Positions 49,763 through 59,825 of a stretch of DNA of 64,000 bases are shown piece after piece. Position 1 is the first letter of the stretch, and the number at the start of each line of letters is the position of its first letter. The position numbers and the translations under genes were made by a program. The stretch is from NCBI GenBank assembly GCA_016188495.1, contig JACPHU010000002.1, forward strand, positions 7,363 to 71,362. Direction: 5' to 3'. The DNA is from Candidatus Uhrbacteria bacterium. GTDB lineage: Bacteria > Patescibacteriota > Patescibacteriia > UBA9934 > GWF2-40-263. The notes below the pieces were generated by a model. The model was not told the DNA's origin and ran no database searches. It was given only the letters and a program-made list of their open reading frames with translations.

Positions 49763-50464
49763 CTAAGAGGAAAGGATGATAAATTCCAGTAAGACGATCG
49801 TAAGGGTCGTGTAGATACCCATGACGTAAAGAAACTCTCTCAGATTTAGCCTTATTCTTGGAGTCTGAAGCTTACCTTCCTCCTCTGCCTGCTGCGTATC
49901 CATTTCTTTTTTAATTTGCACGACGGCTATCACGCTCAAGAATATAAACATAATGGGTGAAACCCCAATGATTCTCAGGAAAGCGAAACAGATGATAGCC
50001 AAGGGAATCATTCCTACCCATGCCTTTTGGAAGGCAGAAACCATCAAGGCTTGCATGGCCCTTCCTCCATCTAACGGAGACAAAGGAATTAAATTGAAGA
50101 GATTGATAACGGCAACAACGCCTGCGGCGGCTATCGCCACTTCGGAGTTTATTACGTAACCAATTCCATAAAGTAGTGCGGTATTTATGACTCCAGCAAA
50201 CGGACCAGCGAGACTTACCATGGCCATTTGCCATAAGTTATCCTGCTCAATACCGATAGGCTCCACAGCTCCCAACAGAGGAATAAAGTAAATGCCGCTC
50301 GTCTTCATTCCGTAGTGGCGTGCCACAAGGATGTGTCCCATTCCATGGATCCACAATCCCGACATGGCAATCAGAGTTACTTTCCAACCGATCAGAGCTG
50401 ACCAGACAACAAAAGCTACGAGGGTGAGAATGAGTTTTTTCATTGCTGAATTAGGTTGTCCCAT
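49763..50464 (-). CDS. Site-2 protease (M50) homolog with HExxH changed to HGMGH
   Basis: IHGMGH, LAGP and NLFNLIPLSPLDGG; AAGGAG SD. Confidence 0.8.
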   Translation of the reverse strand: MGQPNSAMKKLILTLVAFVVWSALIGWKVTLIAMSGLWIHGMGHILVARHYGMKTSGIYFIPLLGAVEPIGIEQDNLWQMAMVSLAGPFAGVINTALLYGIGYVINSEVAIAAAGVVAVINLFNLIPLSPLDGGRAMQALMVSAFQKAWVGMIPLAIICFAFLRIIGVSPIMFIFLSVIAVVQIKKEMDTQQAEEEGKLQTPRIRLNLREFLYVMGIYTTLTIVLLEFIILSS

Positions 50465-50562
50465 GTTGTTCGTACTCCTTTCGGTTGTGGAATTTTGGAA
50501 CAGTTGACCGTATCAGAGTTATTCTCGTAGGTCAATAGTTTATTTGATATTTTTCTTTATTC

Positions 50563-50591
50563 TTGACACAAACTCTTTCTTTTTCTATACT
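50563..50591 (+). promoter_or_regulatory. Putative sigma70 promoter of rplJ-rplL
   Basis: TTGACA-17-TATACT. Confidence 0.7.
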
Positions 50592-50609
50592 TTTCCTCGA
50601 ACTGAAGAT

Positions 50610-50720
50610 TTACCGTAGACCACGGGCGGCTCTGTTGAAGAGTGGAAGTCCTGTGCAGGTGAGTATTTCCTTATGGTATTAAGGAAGTAGATCATTACTA
50701 CGGCATAAATCCGTAGTTTA
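50610..50720 (+). promoter_or_regulatory. Putative L10 leader
   Basis: ACCGTAGAC-CACGGG...CCTGTG-CAGGT resembles the L10_leader core; followed by two hairpins; upstream of rplJ. Confidence 0.55.
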
Positions 50721-50743
50721 TTTATTTTTAAAGGTCGAACATA

Positions 50744-50873
50744 GAGATCTCTCAAAAAATCATGATCTTACGGCTTACGGGCGCCCGTCGACCCCACTCT
50801 CCCTATTCTGAATAGGGTTCGCGGGGCTCGACAGCCCGTGCACCGTAATCTCATCGATTTTTTGAGAGATCTC
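50744..50873 (+). repeat. Hairpin element family, copy A8 (rplJ leader)
   Basis: Perfect 18-bp IR GAGATCTCTCAAAAAATC/GATTTTTTGAGAGATCTC; ends 10 nt before the ATG. Confidence 0.92.
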
Positions 50874-50883
50874 AACATTCATT

Positions 50884-51408
50884 ATGCCAAAAACACGTGC
50901 ACAAAAATCTGAAATTATTGACGAGTTAGGCGATAAGTTTACTCACATGAAATCCGCGGTGTTTACCAAAGTGTCTGGATACACCATGGAAGACGCAAAC
51001 AAACTTCGAGAAAAAGGACGTGCGGTCGGAGTTGAAGTGATTGTTGCTAAAAAGACTCTTCTGGTCCGTGCGCTCGAGAATAATGGTTTCAAGATCGATC
51101 GAAATGATCTCGAAGGCAGTATTCTTACTACGTTTGGATTCAACGATGAGGTGGCAGCTGCCAAACTTATTGCTGAATTTGCCAAAGAGCGTGAGCAAAT
51201 GGTTATTGTCGGAGGAATCCTTGAAGGAGCCTTTGTTGGATCTTCTGCCATAAAGCAGCTGGCCACACTGCCAAGCAAAGAACAATTACTCGGACAATTG
51301 GTGCGAACACTCAACAATCCGTTGTCAGGATTCGTCCAAGTCCTTGCTGGAAACCTGCGCAATTTCGTTTCCGTACTCAATGCGGTTAAAGACGCAAAGA
51401 ACGCTTAA
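50884..51408 (+). CDS. rplJ: 50S ribosomal protein L10
   Basis: VAKKTL and LATLPSKEQLLGQL motifs; upstream of rplL. Confidence 0.95.
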   Translation: MPKTRAQKSEIIDELGDKFTHMKSAVFTKVSGYTMEDANKLREKGRAVGVEVIVAKKTLLVRALENNGFKIDRNDLEGSILTTFGFNDEVAAAKLIAEFAKEREQMVIVGGILEGAFVGSSAIKQLATLPSKEQLLGQLVRTLNNPLSGFVQVLAGNLRNFVSVLNAVKDAKNA

Positions 51409-51433
51409 TTTATTCATTATTATTTAAAAGAAT

Positions 51434-51844
51434 ATGTCAGAAGAAACAACCAAGGAGGCTGTTGTCGTTCCAGAAAAGTTTAAGAGTTTAGTAGAAACCA
51501 TCGAAAAAATGTCCGTATTGGATCTTGCAGATCTCGTAAAGGTTCTTGAAGACAAGTTTGGTGTCAGTGCTGCTGCCCCTGCCATGATGATGGCCATGGG
51601 TCCTGCCGCAGGTGCTGCCGCTGTAGAGGAACAAACTGAATTTACCGTTGAAATCACCAATTCTGGAGCCAACAAAATCAATGTGATCAAAGCTGTTCGC
51701 GCTATCACAGCCCTTGGACTGAAAGAAGCAAAGGATCTTGTGGATGCTGCTCCTTCTGTTGTAAAAGAAGGCCTTTCAAAAGAACAAGCAGCAGAGATGA
51801 AGAAACAACTCGAAGATGCTGGTGCTACCGTCACCTTGAAGTAA
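51434..51844 (+). CDS. rplL: 50S ribosomal protein L7/L12
   Basis: [17 protein letters not shown] and [10 protein letters not shown] motifs. Confidence 0.97.
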   Translation: MSEETTKEAVVVPEKFKSLVETIEKMSVLDLADLVKVLEDKFGVSAAAPAMMMAMGPAAGAAAVEEQTEFTVEITNSGANKINVIKAVRAITALGLKEAKDLVDAAPSVVKEGLSKEQAAEMKKQLEDAGATVTLK

Positions 51845-51854
51845 AGAGGAAATT

Positions 51855-51893
51855 TAAAAAAATCCCCAGAGTACGTACTCTGGGGATTTTTTT
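51855..51893. terminator. Bidirectional intrinsic terminator
   Basis: AAAAAAATCCCCAGAGTACGTACTCTGGGGATTTTTTT between convergent genes. Confidence 0.85.
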
Positions 51894-52281
51894 ATTTTAC
51901 TCGATTAAGTTGGACACCTTCTAAAAAGAGGACGTCGGGATCATCTGTGGTTCTTATGACCATCGTGTAAGTTTTTTGATTATTATCAAACGTTTTTTCT
52001 ACTTCAATAGAACCATCCAAATAGCGTTGCGTAATGCGGTAGGTTCCTTCTTCTTTGTAATCCGTTCCGGTGTTGAGGCGATAAGAACCGTTGGAGAATT
52101 CGTACTCCATAAACCATTCAAAACCATCTGTATTTGTCCCTCCTGCGTGCCAGCGACCTATCAGTTCATCTTTTACGACGAGATTAACCGTTGTTTGTTC
52201 AGAATGGAATTTAGGCCATAAGAATAACCCCCCTACAATAAATATTCCTACAATCAGAACGAATAGGTGATGTTGTTTCAT
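51892..52281 (-). CDS. Hypothetical exported protein (lipocalin-like pattern)
   Basis: N-terminal TM helix; LIGRW...EEGTY. Confidence 0.65.
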   Translation of the reverse strand: MKQHHLFVLIVGIFIVGGLFLWPKFHSEQTTVNLVVKDELIGRWHAGGTNTDGFEWFMEYEFSNGSYRLNTGTDYKEEGTYRITQRYLDGSIEVEKTFDNNQKTYTMVIRTTDDPDVLFLEGVQLNRVK

Positions 52282-54500
52282 AATGATTTTATATGACTAG
52301 CGGCAATAGAATAAAGTTTTGATCCTGCCAGCAGATAGATGGTGTATCCTGCTTCATCCACACTGAAATCTGTGAGTCCAACAAAGGCGTCAGAACGATA
52401 TTGGACAACAAACGTTCCGGTTTGTTTATCAAAAACAATTACTCGTTGTGTAGAAGGTTCCAGGACATAGATAAATGGACTTTGAGCATTCGTCCAAATT
52501 TTTGTTGCATCGGCAATTCTTGGATCTACCGTTCCTGTTGCCCATTCTTCCTCGCTTCCATTTGAGAATTTTACAACCGTTCCATCTTTTTTCAGAACGA
52601 AAATAGTTCCGTCAATAGCCAAAGAAACAGCCTGATTCAAAGACGATGTTTTTGATTTAATCCAGGAAGATTCATCTGTAAAGGATGAACCGTTTCGATT
52701 GAAACGAATGATTTGGCCGTCTGTTCCGTTTGGGTCCTGTCGTAAAAGATAGAGTCTATTTGCGTAAGTTTCAAGATCAACCCATGGGTCATCTCCAATG
52801 GAAAGGGATGACACCTCTTTTTTTTCTAAAGAAACTCCATACACAGACCCGTTTTCGCTCAGTACAAAGAATTGTCCATTTTCTTGATTTGTTGTGGCTA
52901 TAGAGGAGGCTAGTCCATCTGTTGATGTCACCACGACGTCAAATTGTTTCTGTGAGGAACTATAGGTATAGACACGACCATCTGAGGCAACAACAGAAAT
53001 AGTTCCAGAATTGAGAACCATACTATTTCCGAAAACCCCGTCTGCCACGGTTTCCAGATCCGCAAGTAAAGGAGGGTTCGGGATCGTAATTAAATGGCGA
53101 ATTTCATTCAGGGCTGTCTGGAGGGTTTGAGTGAGCTCTTTGTTTTTTTCTTCTCTTTGAGGAGTGTCTGATGGAAGAAGTTCAATGAGCGTTTGGGCAT
53201 TCACATACAGGCTGCGTGCTTGATTTTCGTCTTTGTAAATGACGGCGCCTGCGGCACGTTCCATAAGATCCTCAATTTGTACGATTTTTGCTTGATACGC
53301 CGCTTCTTCTTGTGAACGGGCTTGTGATTTTGTCATTGTAGAAATTCCTCCTATCAGAATAAGAACCCCAACGACGATGCCACCCATAAGATATTTTGTT
53401 GATCGTGGCAAAGTGCGCATGCGTTCAAACAAAGACCTCAGTTTTCCTCGGATATGGACTCGTTTCATTTCAACCTTTTTTTGGAGTGTTTCCCGTTGAT
53501 CTTTATTTTTTAAGATAGAGATTGTATAGGAAGCATGCTTTAAACCCATTTTTGTGAAGAAAGAAATCACTTTCCATACGCTTCTGCCCGTTCGTTTTAA
53601 AAGGTCTGGAAACGTTCCTTGGTTTTGAAGATCTTTTAAAATCCGTGATCTTGAATCGGTTTTCGATTGAATGAAACTAAATAGTTTTTTTAGCCAATGA
53701 AAGACGTTGGGACGCCGGTCGTCTAAGAGCCATTCCGTGGTTTGTTCCGTAGAATTCATTTTTTCTACAGAGAGATTTGATTGTGGAATAGCTAGTAGTT
53801 GTCTTTGTTCAGTGGCGGGGGTGGGGTTTTCTTCTCCTATTTTTATAACAGTGAGAAGAACGTCCTCATTATGTGCAAAATACTGGCGAATTTTTTCGAC
53901 AGCACTCACTGGTGGAAGGGTGGAAAGAATTTCATTGAGTTCATCAACAGGCAGTATACGTTGAAGATCCTTGTCGGTGATACAAAAAATGTCGCCTGGA
54001 TGAAGGTCTCCATCCAAAACAACAGCAAATGTTTTTTCCCATGTGGGAAGAGATTGTTCTGTTTGTAAACCACGAAAGAGATTGAATACTTGATATCGTT
54101 GGGAAGGTTTCTTATGAAGGAAAAGCGCGACAAGTTCTCCTGTACCAGACAGATACATCTCTTGAGAGGAAGTAATCCCTACAATCGCGTGAAGTTGCTC
54201 GATAGGAATATTCCAATGGCCTTCTCGTACCTGTTCTGCTAAGGTTTCATTTAATGCACCCAGGAATTGTTCAAAGCGGTGTTGAAGATTCGCTTCCTTT
54301 CCAAAAGACTCAGCGAGTCTGCGTGTTTGGTCTCCAAGAACTTGTAAGAGTAGATCCGAGTCCGCATTTTCTTTTTTTGTATAGGCAATAAGGAAGGCAA
54401 ATCCACTCCGTTCCTGTACGGGAAGGAGTAATGAAATTCCCCGGACATGCTCATCTGGGGTTTGGGGATTATAAGAGGCACCTTTGATTTCACCTGACAT
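52278..54500 (-). CDS. Large membrane-anchored protein, probably PP2C-like N-domain plus C-terminal beta-propeller
   Basis: 740 aa; GDLHPGDIFCITD, one TM helix and repeated beta-blade motifs (AIDGTIFVL, IYVLEP). Confidence 0.7.
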   Translation of the reverse strand: MSGEIKGASYNPQTPDEHVRGISLLLPVQERSGFAFLIAYTKKENADSDLLLQVLGDQTRRLAESFGKEANLQHRFEQFLGALNETLAEQVREGHWNIPIEQLHAIVGITSSQEMYLSGTGELVALFLHKKPSQRYQVFNLFRGLQTEQSLPTWEKTFAVVLDGDLHPGDIFCITDKDLQRILPVDELNEILSTLPPVSAVEKIRQYFAHNEDVLLTVIKIGEENPTPATEQRQLLAIPQSNLSVEKMNSTEQTTEWLLDDRRPNVFHWLKKLFSFIQSKTDSRSRILKDLQNQGTFPDLLKRTGRSVWKVISFFTKMGLKHASYTISILKNKDQRETLQKKVEMKRVHIRGKLRSLFERMRTLPRSTKYLMGGIVVGVLILIGGISTMTKSQARSQEEAAYQAKIVQIEDLMERAAGAVIYKDENQARSLYVNAQTLIELLPSDTPQREEKNKELTQTLQTALNEIRHLITIPNPPLLADLETVADGVFGNSMVLNSGTISVVASDGRVYTYSSSQKQFDVVVTSTDGLASSIATTNQENGQFFVLSENGSVYGVSLEKKEVSSLSIGDDPWVDLETYANRLYLLRQDPNGTDGQIIRFNRNGSSFTDESSWIKSKTSSLNQAVSLAIDGTIFVLKKDGTVVKFSNGSEEEWATGTVDPRIADATKIWTNAQSPFIYVLEPSTQRVIVFDKQTGTFVVQYRSDAFVGLTDFSVDEAGYTIYLLAGSKLYSIAASHIKSL

Positions 54501-54558
54501 AGAGTTGCCCTGATATGCTCATTTGTGTACATTATACCTATATGTTTAGGGGGTGCAA

Positions 54559-55173
54559 ATGAAGAATATGAACAAAAAACCTTTTAAACTCGAACAGATG
54601 TTTGGCTCTAAGACACGAGCCAGGCTTATGGCGTTGTTTCTTCAACAACCCCAGGATACTTTTTTTGTTCGTGAATTGACACGTAGAATAGATGCCCAGC
54701 TTAATTCCGTGAGGCGTGAACTCAAAAATCTGGTTCAATTAGGATTTTTATCTGAAAAACAAGCTTTACAGAAGGAATCAAACCGTCTTTCAGACAAAAA
54801 GAAATATTATTGCGTGAACCAAGATTTTATTCTTTTTGAAGATCTTCGATCGCTTTTTCAAAAAGTTCAAATTTTGGTGAAACAAAACCTTGTCCAAGAT
54901 ATTCAGGAAAGAGGACATATTGATTATTTTGCTTTTACAGGAAGGTTTGTTGACGCTTCGGATATCCCGACAGATATTTTTATTGTGGGTTCCATTATGC
55001 AAGATGATTTAGAAAAAATGATCAGCAAATTTGAAGAAGAGATTCCTTATGAAATCAATTATACTCTTATGACCAAAGAGGAATTTCTTGACCGTCGTCA
55101 GGTTGCTGACCGCTTTTTAATGTCTATTTTAAATGGAGAACGGGTCGTCATGATCGATCGGATTCGTTCTTAA
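54559..55173 (+). CDS. Winged-helix regulator with nucleotidyltransferase-like C-domain
   Basis: FGSKTRARL, VRELTR, NSVRRELKNL and TDIFIVG. Confidence 0.75.
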   Translation: MKNMNKKPFKLEQMFGSKTRARLMALFLQQPQDTFFVRELTRRIDAQLNSVRRELKNLVQLGFLSEKQALQKESNRLSDKKKYYCVNQDFILFEDLRSLFQKVQILVKQNLVQDIQERGHIDYFAFTGRFVDASDIPTDIFIVGSIMQDDLEKMISKFEEEIPYEINYTLMTKEEFLDRRQVADRFLMSILNGERVVMIDRIRS

Positions 55174-55176
55174 TGT

Positions 55177-55587
55177 ATGTTTCTCGTCATTTGTGCCCAG
55201 GACATTCAGAACATTTCTTTCGGAATAGTTGAAGAAGGTTGTTTGATAAAACAGAAACAGTTTGTTTCGTCTTTCCCTGAAGATTATCTGCTTCTATTAA
55301 ATGACACATTGGGAGAATGGGGGATGAAAGATCATGAACAAGAGTTTGAAGGGGTGATTGTCGTGACGGGTCCTGGTTCTTTTACTGCTAGTCGGGTCAG
55401 TACAACCATTGCAAATGGCTTTGCGTTCACGAGATCGATTCCTGTCATCGGTCTTTCCAATCCTCAACGTCTAGATTTAGCGTCACTGCTGTCTGTAAAC
55501 CGTTCTACAAATTTGGGAGCAGATTTCGTTCTCCCAACATATAACCGACCCCCAAACATTACAGCGCAAAAAATAGGTAATAGCTAG
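55177..55587 (+). CDS. tsaB: TsaB-like t6A biosynthesis protein (short form)
   Basis: VTGPGSFTASRV...ANGFA...IPVIG. Confidence 0.75.
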   Translation: MFLVICAQDIQNISFGIVEEGCLIKQKQFVSSFPEDYLLLLNDTLGEWGMKDHEQEFEGVIVVTGPGSFTASRVSTTIANGFAFTRSIPVIGLSNPQRLDLASLLSVNRSTNLGADFVLPTYNRPPNITAQKIGNS

Positions 55588-55634
55588 AATCATTAATCTT
55601 TTACCATCCCTTTTATTTTTTAACTTCATTTTTT

Positions 55635-56306
55635 ATGTCTTTCACCCAACAAATTCTTCAGGGGCCTTTGTTAGAACTTTGGGAGAATGTCGTAGCTTAT
55701 TTGCCAAACGTGATCGGAGCCATTTTTGTTTTTTGTATCGGTGTAGCCCTTGCTCTTGTATTGCGTAGCGTTGTGGTGAATGTGATCGCGTTATTGCGTA
55801 TCGACGAACTTTCAAAACGTCTTGAAATTACAGGTCAGTTTCAGCGTTTTGGTCTGCGTTTGCATATAGGAGAACTGTTGGGTTGGATTGTAAAGTGGTT
55901 TTTTATTATTATCGCTCTTATCGCGGCAACAGACATTCTCGGATGGGATCAAGTAACCGATTATTTACAAAGAGTGGTGTTATTTATTCCAAACGTCATT
56001 ATCGCGGTCATTATTTTGTTAGCGGGAATTCTGTTGGGAAATTTCGTTCAGCGCGTGGTTAAAACAGCGGTAGAGACGGCACATCTTGCCTCTGCGGATC
56101 TTCTTTCTGGAATTGCAAAATGGGCCATCTTAGTCTTCAGTTTCATGGCGGCACTCGTTCAGCTTCAGATTGCTCCAGAACTTATTCGAGTGTTATTTAC
56201 AGGGCTTGTTGCCATGATTTCTATTGCCGGAGGTTTAGCCTTTGGTCTTGGTGGCAAAGAGCATGCGAATCGGTTGTTGGATCGACTTAAAAAAGATATT
56301 TCTTAA
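55635..56306 (+). CDS. CmpX-like TM-helix repeat membrane protein
   Basis: YLPNVIGA and FIPNVIIA repeats; AFGLGGKE. Confidence 0.8.
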   Translation: MSFTQQILQGPLLELWENVVAYLPNVIGAIFVFCIGVALALVLRSVVVNVIALLRIDELSKRLEITGQFQRFGLRLHIGELLGWIVKWFFIIIALIAATDILGWDQVTDYLQRVVLFIPNVIIAVIILLAGILLGNFVQRVVKTAVETAHLASADLLSGIAKWAILVFSFMAALVQLQIAPELIRVLFTGLVAMISIAGGLAFGLGGKEHANRLLDRLKKDIS

Positions 56307-56432
56307 GACATAAGTAAAACTCGCGATCTTGACGTTTTCGGGCGCCCGTCGACCCCACTCTCCCTATGGTGAATAGGGTTCGCGGGGCTCGACAGCCCGA
56401 AAACGTCAATCTCATCGAGTTTTACATATGCC
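56307..56432 (+). repeat. Hairpin element family, copy A9
   Basis: Starts right after TAA; AAAACTCGCGATCT-TGACGTTTTCGGGC...GCCCGAAAACGTCA-ATCTCATCGAGTTTT; ends 12 nt before the ATG. Confidence 0.9.
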
Positions 56433-56444
56433 TCTCTTCATAAA

Positions 56445-57929
56445 ATGCGTAAACCCTATCATTACGGTCAACGGCGCTTTTGGGAAATGTTCCCCGGCCT
56501 CTTGGTTTGGGGAACTTTTTCCATTGCGTTCATCCTCACGTTCATTAAACCTCTTTGGTTGGTGGTCTTTATTCTCATTTTTGACCTTCTTTGGTTGTAT
56601 CGAGTGATTTATTTTAATATTTTTGTTCTTATTTCTTGGAGACGGTATAAAAACGTCCAGAAGAAGGATTGGCAGGCGCTTTTACCATCCATTCCGGCAG
56701 CGAAGCATATTTATCATCTTATTTTTTTGCCAACGTATAAGGAAGGTTACGAGATTATTCGGTCAACTCTTTGTGCATTAAAAGACAATCATTTTCCCAA
56801 TGAACGATTGATGATTGTTTTGGGAGGGGAAGAAGCAGATAAAGAAGCATTTGAGAAAGTCAGTCGTCGGGCTGAACAGGAATTTGGTTTAACCTTTAAG
56901 TATTTTGGCATAACACTCCATCCAAAAGGTCTTTCGGGTGAGATTCCAGGTAAGGGTTCTAATCTCAATTGGATGGGCCACGAAATGGAAAAAACGCTCA
57001 CGCATGAGTTTCCTGAAATTCCAGATGAGAACATCGTTGTTTCCGCTTTTGATATTGATACGGTTGCCCATCCATCCTATTTTTCTTATCTAACCTATCT
57101 TTATTGCACGGTTCCCAATCCTACACGTTCTTCCTATCAACCTATCGCTCTTTTTTCCAATAATATTTGGACTGCTTCCGCTCCGGTTCGCATTGGTGCC
57201 TTTGGTACGACCTTTTGGCTTTTTGGAGAACTTGCTCGTGCGGATCGTCTTTGGACATTTTCATCGCACTCCATGCCATGGAAAATGTTGAAGGATGTGC
57301 GTTTTTGGCAGAAAGATATCGTGAGCGAGGACTCTCGGATTTTTATGCAGGCCTTTTTGCATTACCATGGTGATTATCGTGTGACCCCTATGTTTTTGCC
57401 CGTTTCTATGGATGCGGTCATGGGTAAATCGTACCTTGAATCTCTCAGAGGACTCTATGTTCAGATGCGCAGATGGGCATGGGGCGTTGAACACCTTCCT
57501 TACATCATTGACGGGTTTGCCCATGACAAGCAGATTCCTTTGGGTAAAAAGATTCGTTACGTGTTTAATCACATCGAGGGAATGTATACTTGGGCTACGG
57601 CCCCGATTATCATGTTTGTGTTGGGATGGCTTCCGCTCACTCTTGCCAGAGGACAAACAAATGTTCTGATTCAATCAGCACCGTTTACCCTCGAACAGCT
57701 CATGCAGTTGGCCATGATTGGAATTTTTACTTCTGCGAGTATCTCTCTCACGCTTCTTCCAAGACGTCCTGAGGGAGTAGGAAAACACACATGGTTCATT
57801 ATGGTTTTGCAATGGGTGTTGCTTCCTGTTACGTTTATTCTTTTCGGTTCTTTTCCAGCCATTGATGCACAAACTCGTTTGATGTTAGGAAATTATTTGG
57901 GATTTAACGTGACGAAAAAGAATAGATAA
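56445..57929 (+). CDS. Membrane GT2-family glycosyltransferase
   Basis: LPTYKE, GKGSN, FDID, SED and QMRRW motifs; TM helices. Confidence 0.88.
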   Translation: MRKPYHYGQRRFWEMFPGLLVWGTFSIAFILTFIKPLWLVVFILIFDLLWLYRVIYFNIFVLISWRRYKNVQKKDWQALLPSIPAAKHIYHLIFLPTYKEGYEIIRSTLCALKDNHFPNERLMIVLGGEEADKEAFEKVSRRAEQEFGLTFKYFGITLHPKGLSGEIPGKGSNLNWMGHEMEKTLTHEFPEIPDENIVVSAFDIDTVAHPSYFSYLTYLYCTVPNPTRSSYQPIALFSNNIWTASAPVRIGAFGTTFWLFGELARADRLWTFSSHSMPWKMLKDVRFWQKDIVSEDSRIFMQAFLHYHGDYRVTPMFLPVSMDAVMGKSYLESLRGLYVQMRRWAWGVEHLPYIIDGFAHDKQIPLGKKIRYVFNHIEGMYTWATAPIIMFVLGWLPLTLARGQTNVLIQSAPFTLEQLMQLAMIGIFTSASISLTLLPRRPEGVGKHTWFIMVLQWVLLPVTFILFGSFPAIDAQTRLMLGNYLGFNVTKKNR

Positions 57930-57942
57930 AAGAGAAAGGTTT

Positions 57943-58995
57943 ATGAATGATCCAATCATCAGTCTCCATATCGTAACCTGGAATTCGATGCGATTTCTTC
58001 CAGATTTATTATCATCGATCAAAGAACAGACTTTTAAAGAAATAAATATTCTTATCATTGATAATGCTTCAAGTGATGGTGTTGAAGATTTTGTCAAAGA
58101 GCACTATCCGGAGATTGTATTTATACGTAATGCCAGAAATCTTGGTTTTTCAGCAGCTCATAATCAGGGTATTCGTTATGCGATTGAACATTGGCCGAAG
58201 GAAGCGCTCCAAGATCGGTTTATCCTGTTAACCAATCCGGACATCATTTTTACCCCAACGTATCTTGAAGAACTCATCGCCTCTGCACGTGTGCATCCAG
58301 AAGTGGCAAGTTTTGGAGGAAAACTGTTGAGGGCTTTTGGAGAAAACATTGGGGATGAAGTATTTAAACAAACCGTTCGTTCTGATCGTTTGGATTCCGT
58401 AGGACTTAATCCACATAGAAATTATACGGTCACTGACCGTGGAGCTGGAGAACTAGATCAGGGTCAGTATGATGAAGAAGCCTTTGTCTTTGGTATTTCT
58501 GGGGCCCTTGTTTTATTTCGGGCTTCCTCACTAGAGGATGTTCGTTATCAAGATGAAATTTTAGATCATCATTTTTTTGCCTATAAAGAGGATGTGGATC
58601 TTGCTTGGCGTTTACAGCAGGCAGGTTGGGACGCTTTCTATGTTCCTCGTGCGGTTGCCTATCATTATCGCGGAATGTATGGACCAGAAAAAAGCGGTCT
58701 GTGGCAGCGATTGCGCAATCATCGTTCAAAATCTTCTTTACGGAATTTTTTTTCAACAAGAAACCATTGGTTAATGCTCATCAAGAATATTCATAGCCGT
58801 CATTTTTTTCTCGCTCTTCCCTGGATTGCTTTCTATGAAGGGGGAAGACTGATATATGTCTTATTTTTCGAACATTCCGGACTTCGAACAATAAAAGAAA
58901 CGTGTTCATTGTTTCCCGTGATGTTAAAAAAACGTGCACACGTGTTTAAAAAAGCAAAACGTTCAGCGAAAGATCTTCGCCATTGGTTTGTATGA
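57943..58995 (+). CDS. GT2-family glycosyltransferase
   Basis: IDNASSD, NLGFSAAHN, TNPD and YKEDVDLAWR motifs. Confidence 0.9.
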   Translation: MNDPIISLHIVTWNSMRFLPDLLSSIKEQTFKEINILIIDNASSDGVEDFVKEHYPEIVFIRNARNLGFSAAHNQGIRYAIEHWPKEALQDRFILLTNPDIIFTPTYLEELIASARVHPEVASFGGKLLRAFGENIGDEVFKQTVRSDRLDSVGLNPHRNYTVTDRGAGELDQGQYDEEAFVFGISGALVLFRASSLEDVRYQDEILDHHFFAYKEDVDLAWRLQQAGWDAFYVPRAVAYHYRGMYGPEKSGLWQRLRNHRSKSSLRNFFSTRNHWLMLIKNIHSRHFFLALPWIAFYEGGRLIYVLFFEHSGLRTIKETCSLFPVMLKKRAHVFKKAKRSAKDLRHWFV

Positions 58996-59825
58996 TTGAC
59001 GTCTCTATTCTCATTGTTCACTACAATACCCCGGGACTGTTGCGGCAGACGCTCAAAGGAATTCGTCGGGCTGCTCCCAAACTTTCTTATGAAGTGATCG
59101 TGGTTGATAATAATCCTGCCATGCGCGTTGGGGAAATGATCACACGAGAATTTCCTGAAACGATTTGTCTTGTTCAAGAACAAAACGTTGGTTTTGGTTC
59201 TGGAATGAATGCAGCAATGGAGAGAGCGAAGGGAAGTTATTTTTTTATTTTTAATCCTGACATGATTCTCATGCCAGAGGCTCTTGAAAAGCTTAAGGCG
59301 TTTATGGATCTTCACCCGAAGGTTGGGGTTTTGGGGCCTCGACTTTCTCACCCCGATGGCTCTTTGCAATACAGCAGCTATCGTTTTATGGATCCTTTGG
59401 TGATTTTCTATCGCCGTATTCCTTTTTTAAGATCCCTTTCTTTTGCGAAACGTTGTGTGGACCAGTATTTGATGGTTGGGGAAGATGCAAATAAAACGCG
59501 AGATGTTGATTATCTTTTAGGGGCCGCCTTATTTGTTCGTGCTAAGGCTGTGACGGAAGTCGGTGGGTTTGATCCAGCTTTTTTTGTGTATTTTGAAGAT
59601 CAAGATTGGTGTCGCCGTTTTTGGGAAGCCGGATGGAGAGTCGTTTATTACCCTCAGGTCAACCTTATTCATTACCATCGTCGCGAGACCGCGGAAGGGG
59701 GTTTTTTAAAACAGCTGTTAAATCCGTTAACCTGGATCCAGGTAAAAAGTGCTCTTTATTATTATAAGAAGTATCATAAGAGACATGTCGCACACAACAA
59801 ACTTTCTTCATCACACACAGACTGA
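58992..59825 (+). CDS. GT2-family glycosyltransferase (WbbL-like)
   Basis: VVDN, NVGFG, FNPD and YFEDQDWCRR motifs. Confidence 0.9.
   Translation: MIDVSILIVHYNTPGLLRQTLKGIRRAAPKLSYEVIVVDNNPAMRVGEMITREFPETICLVQEQNVGFGSGMNAAMERAKGSYFFIFNPDMILMPEALEKLKAFMDLHPKVGVLGPRLSHPDGSLQYSSYRFMDPLVIFYRRIPFLRSLSFAKRCVDQYLMVGEDANKTRDVDYLLGAALFVRAKAVTEVGGFDPAFFVYFEDQDWCRRFWEAGWRVVYYPQVNLIHYHRRETAEGGFLKQLLNPLTWIQVKSALYYYKKYHKRHVAHNKLSSSHTD

Noticed and set aside
51424-51834. Long antisense ORFs over rplL, gap, mreB, rplA and others
   Set aside because: They are shadow frames of conserved genes
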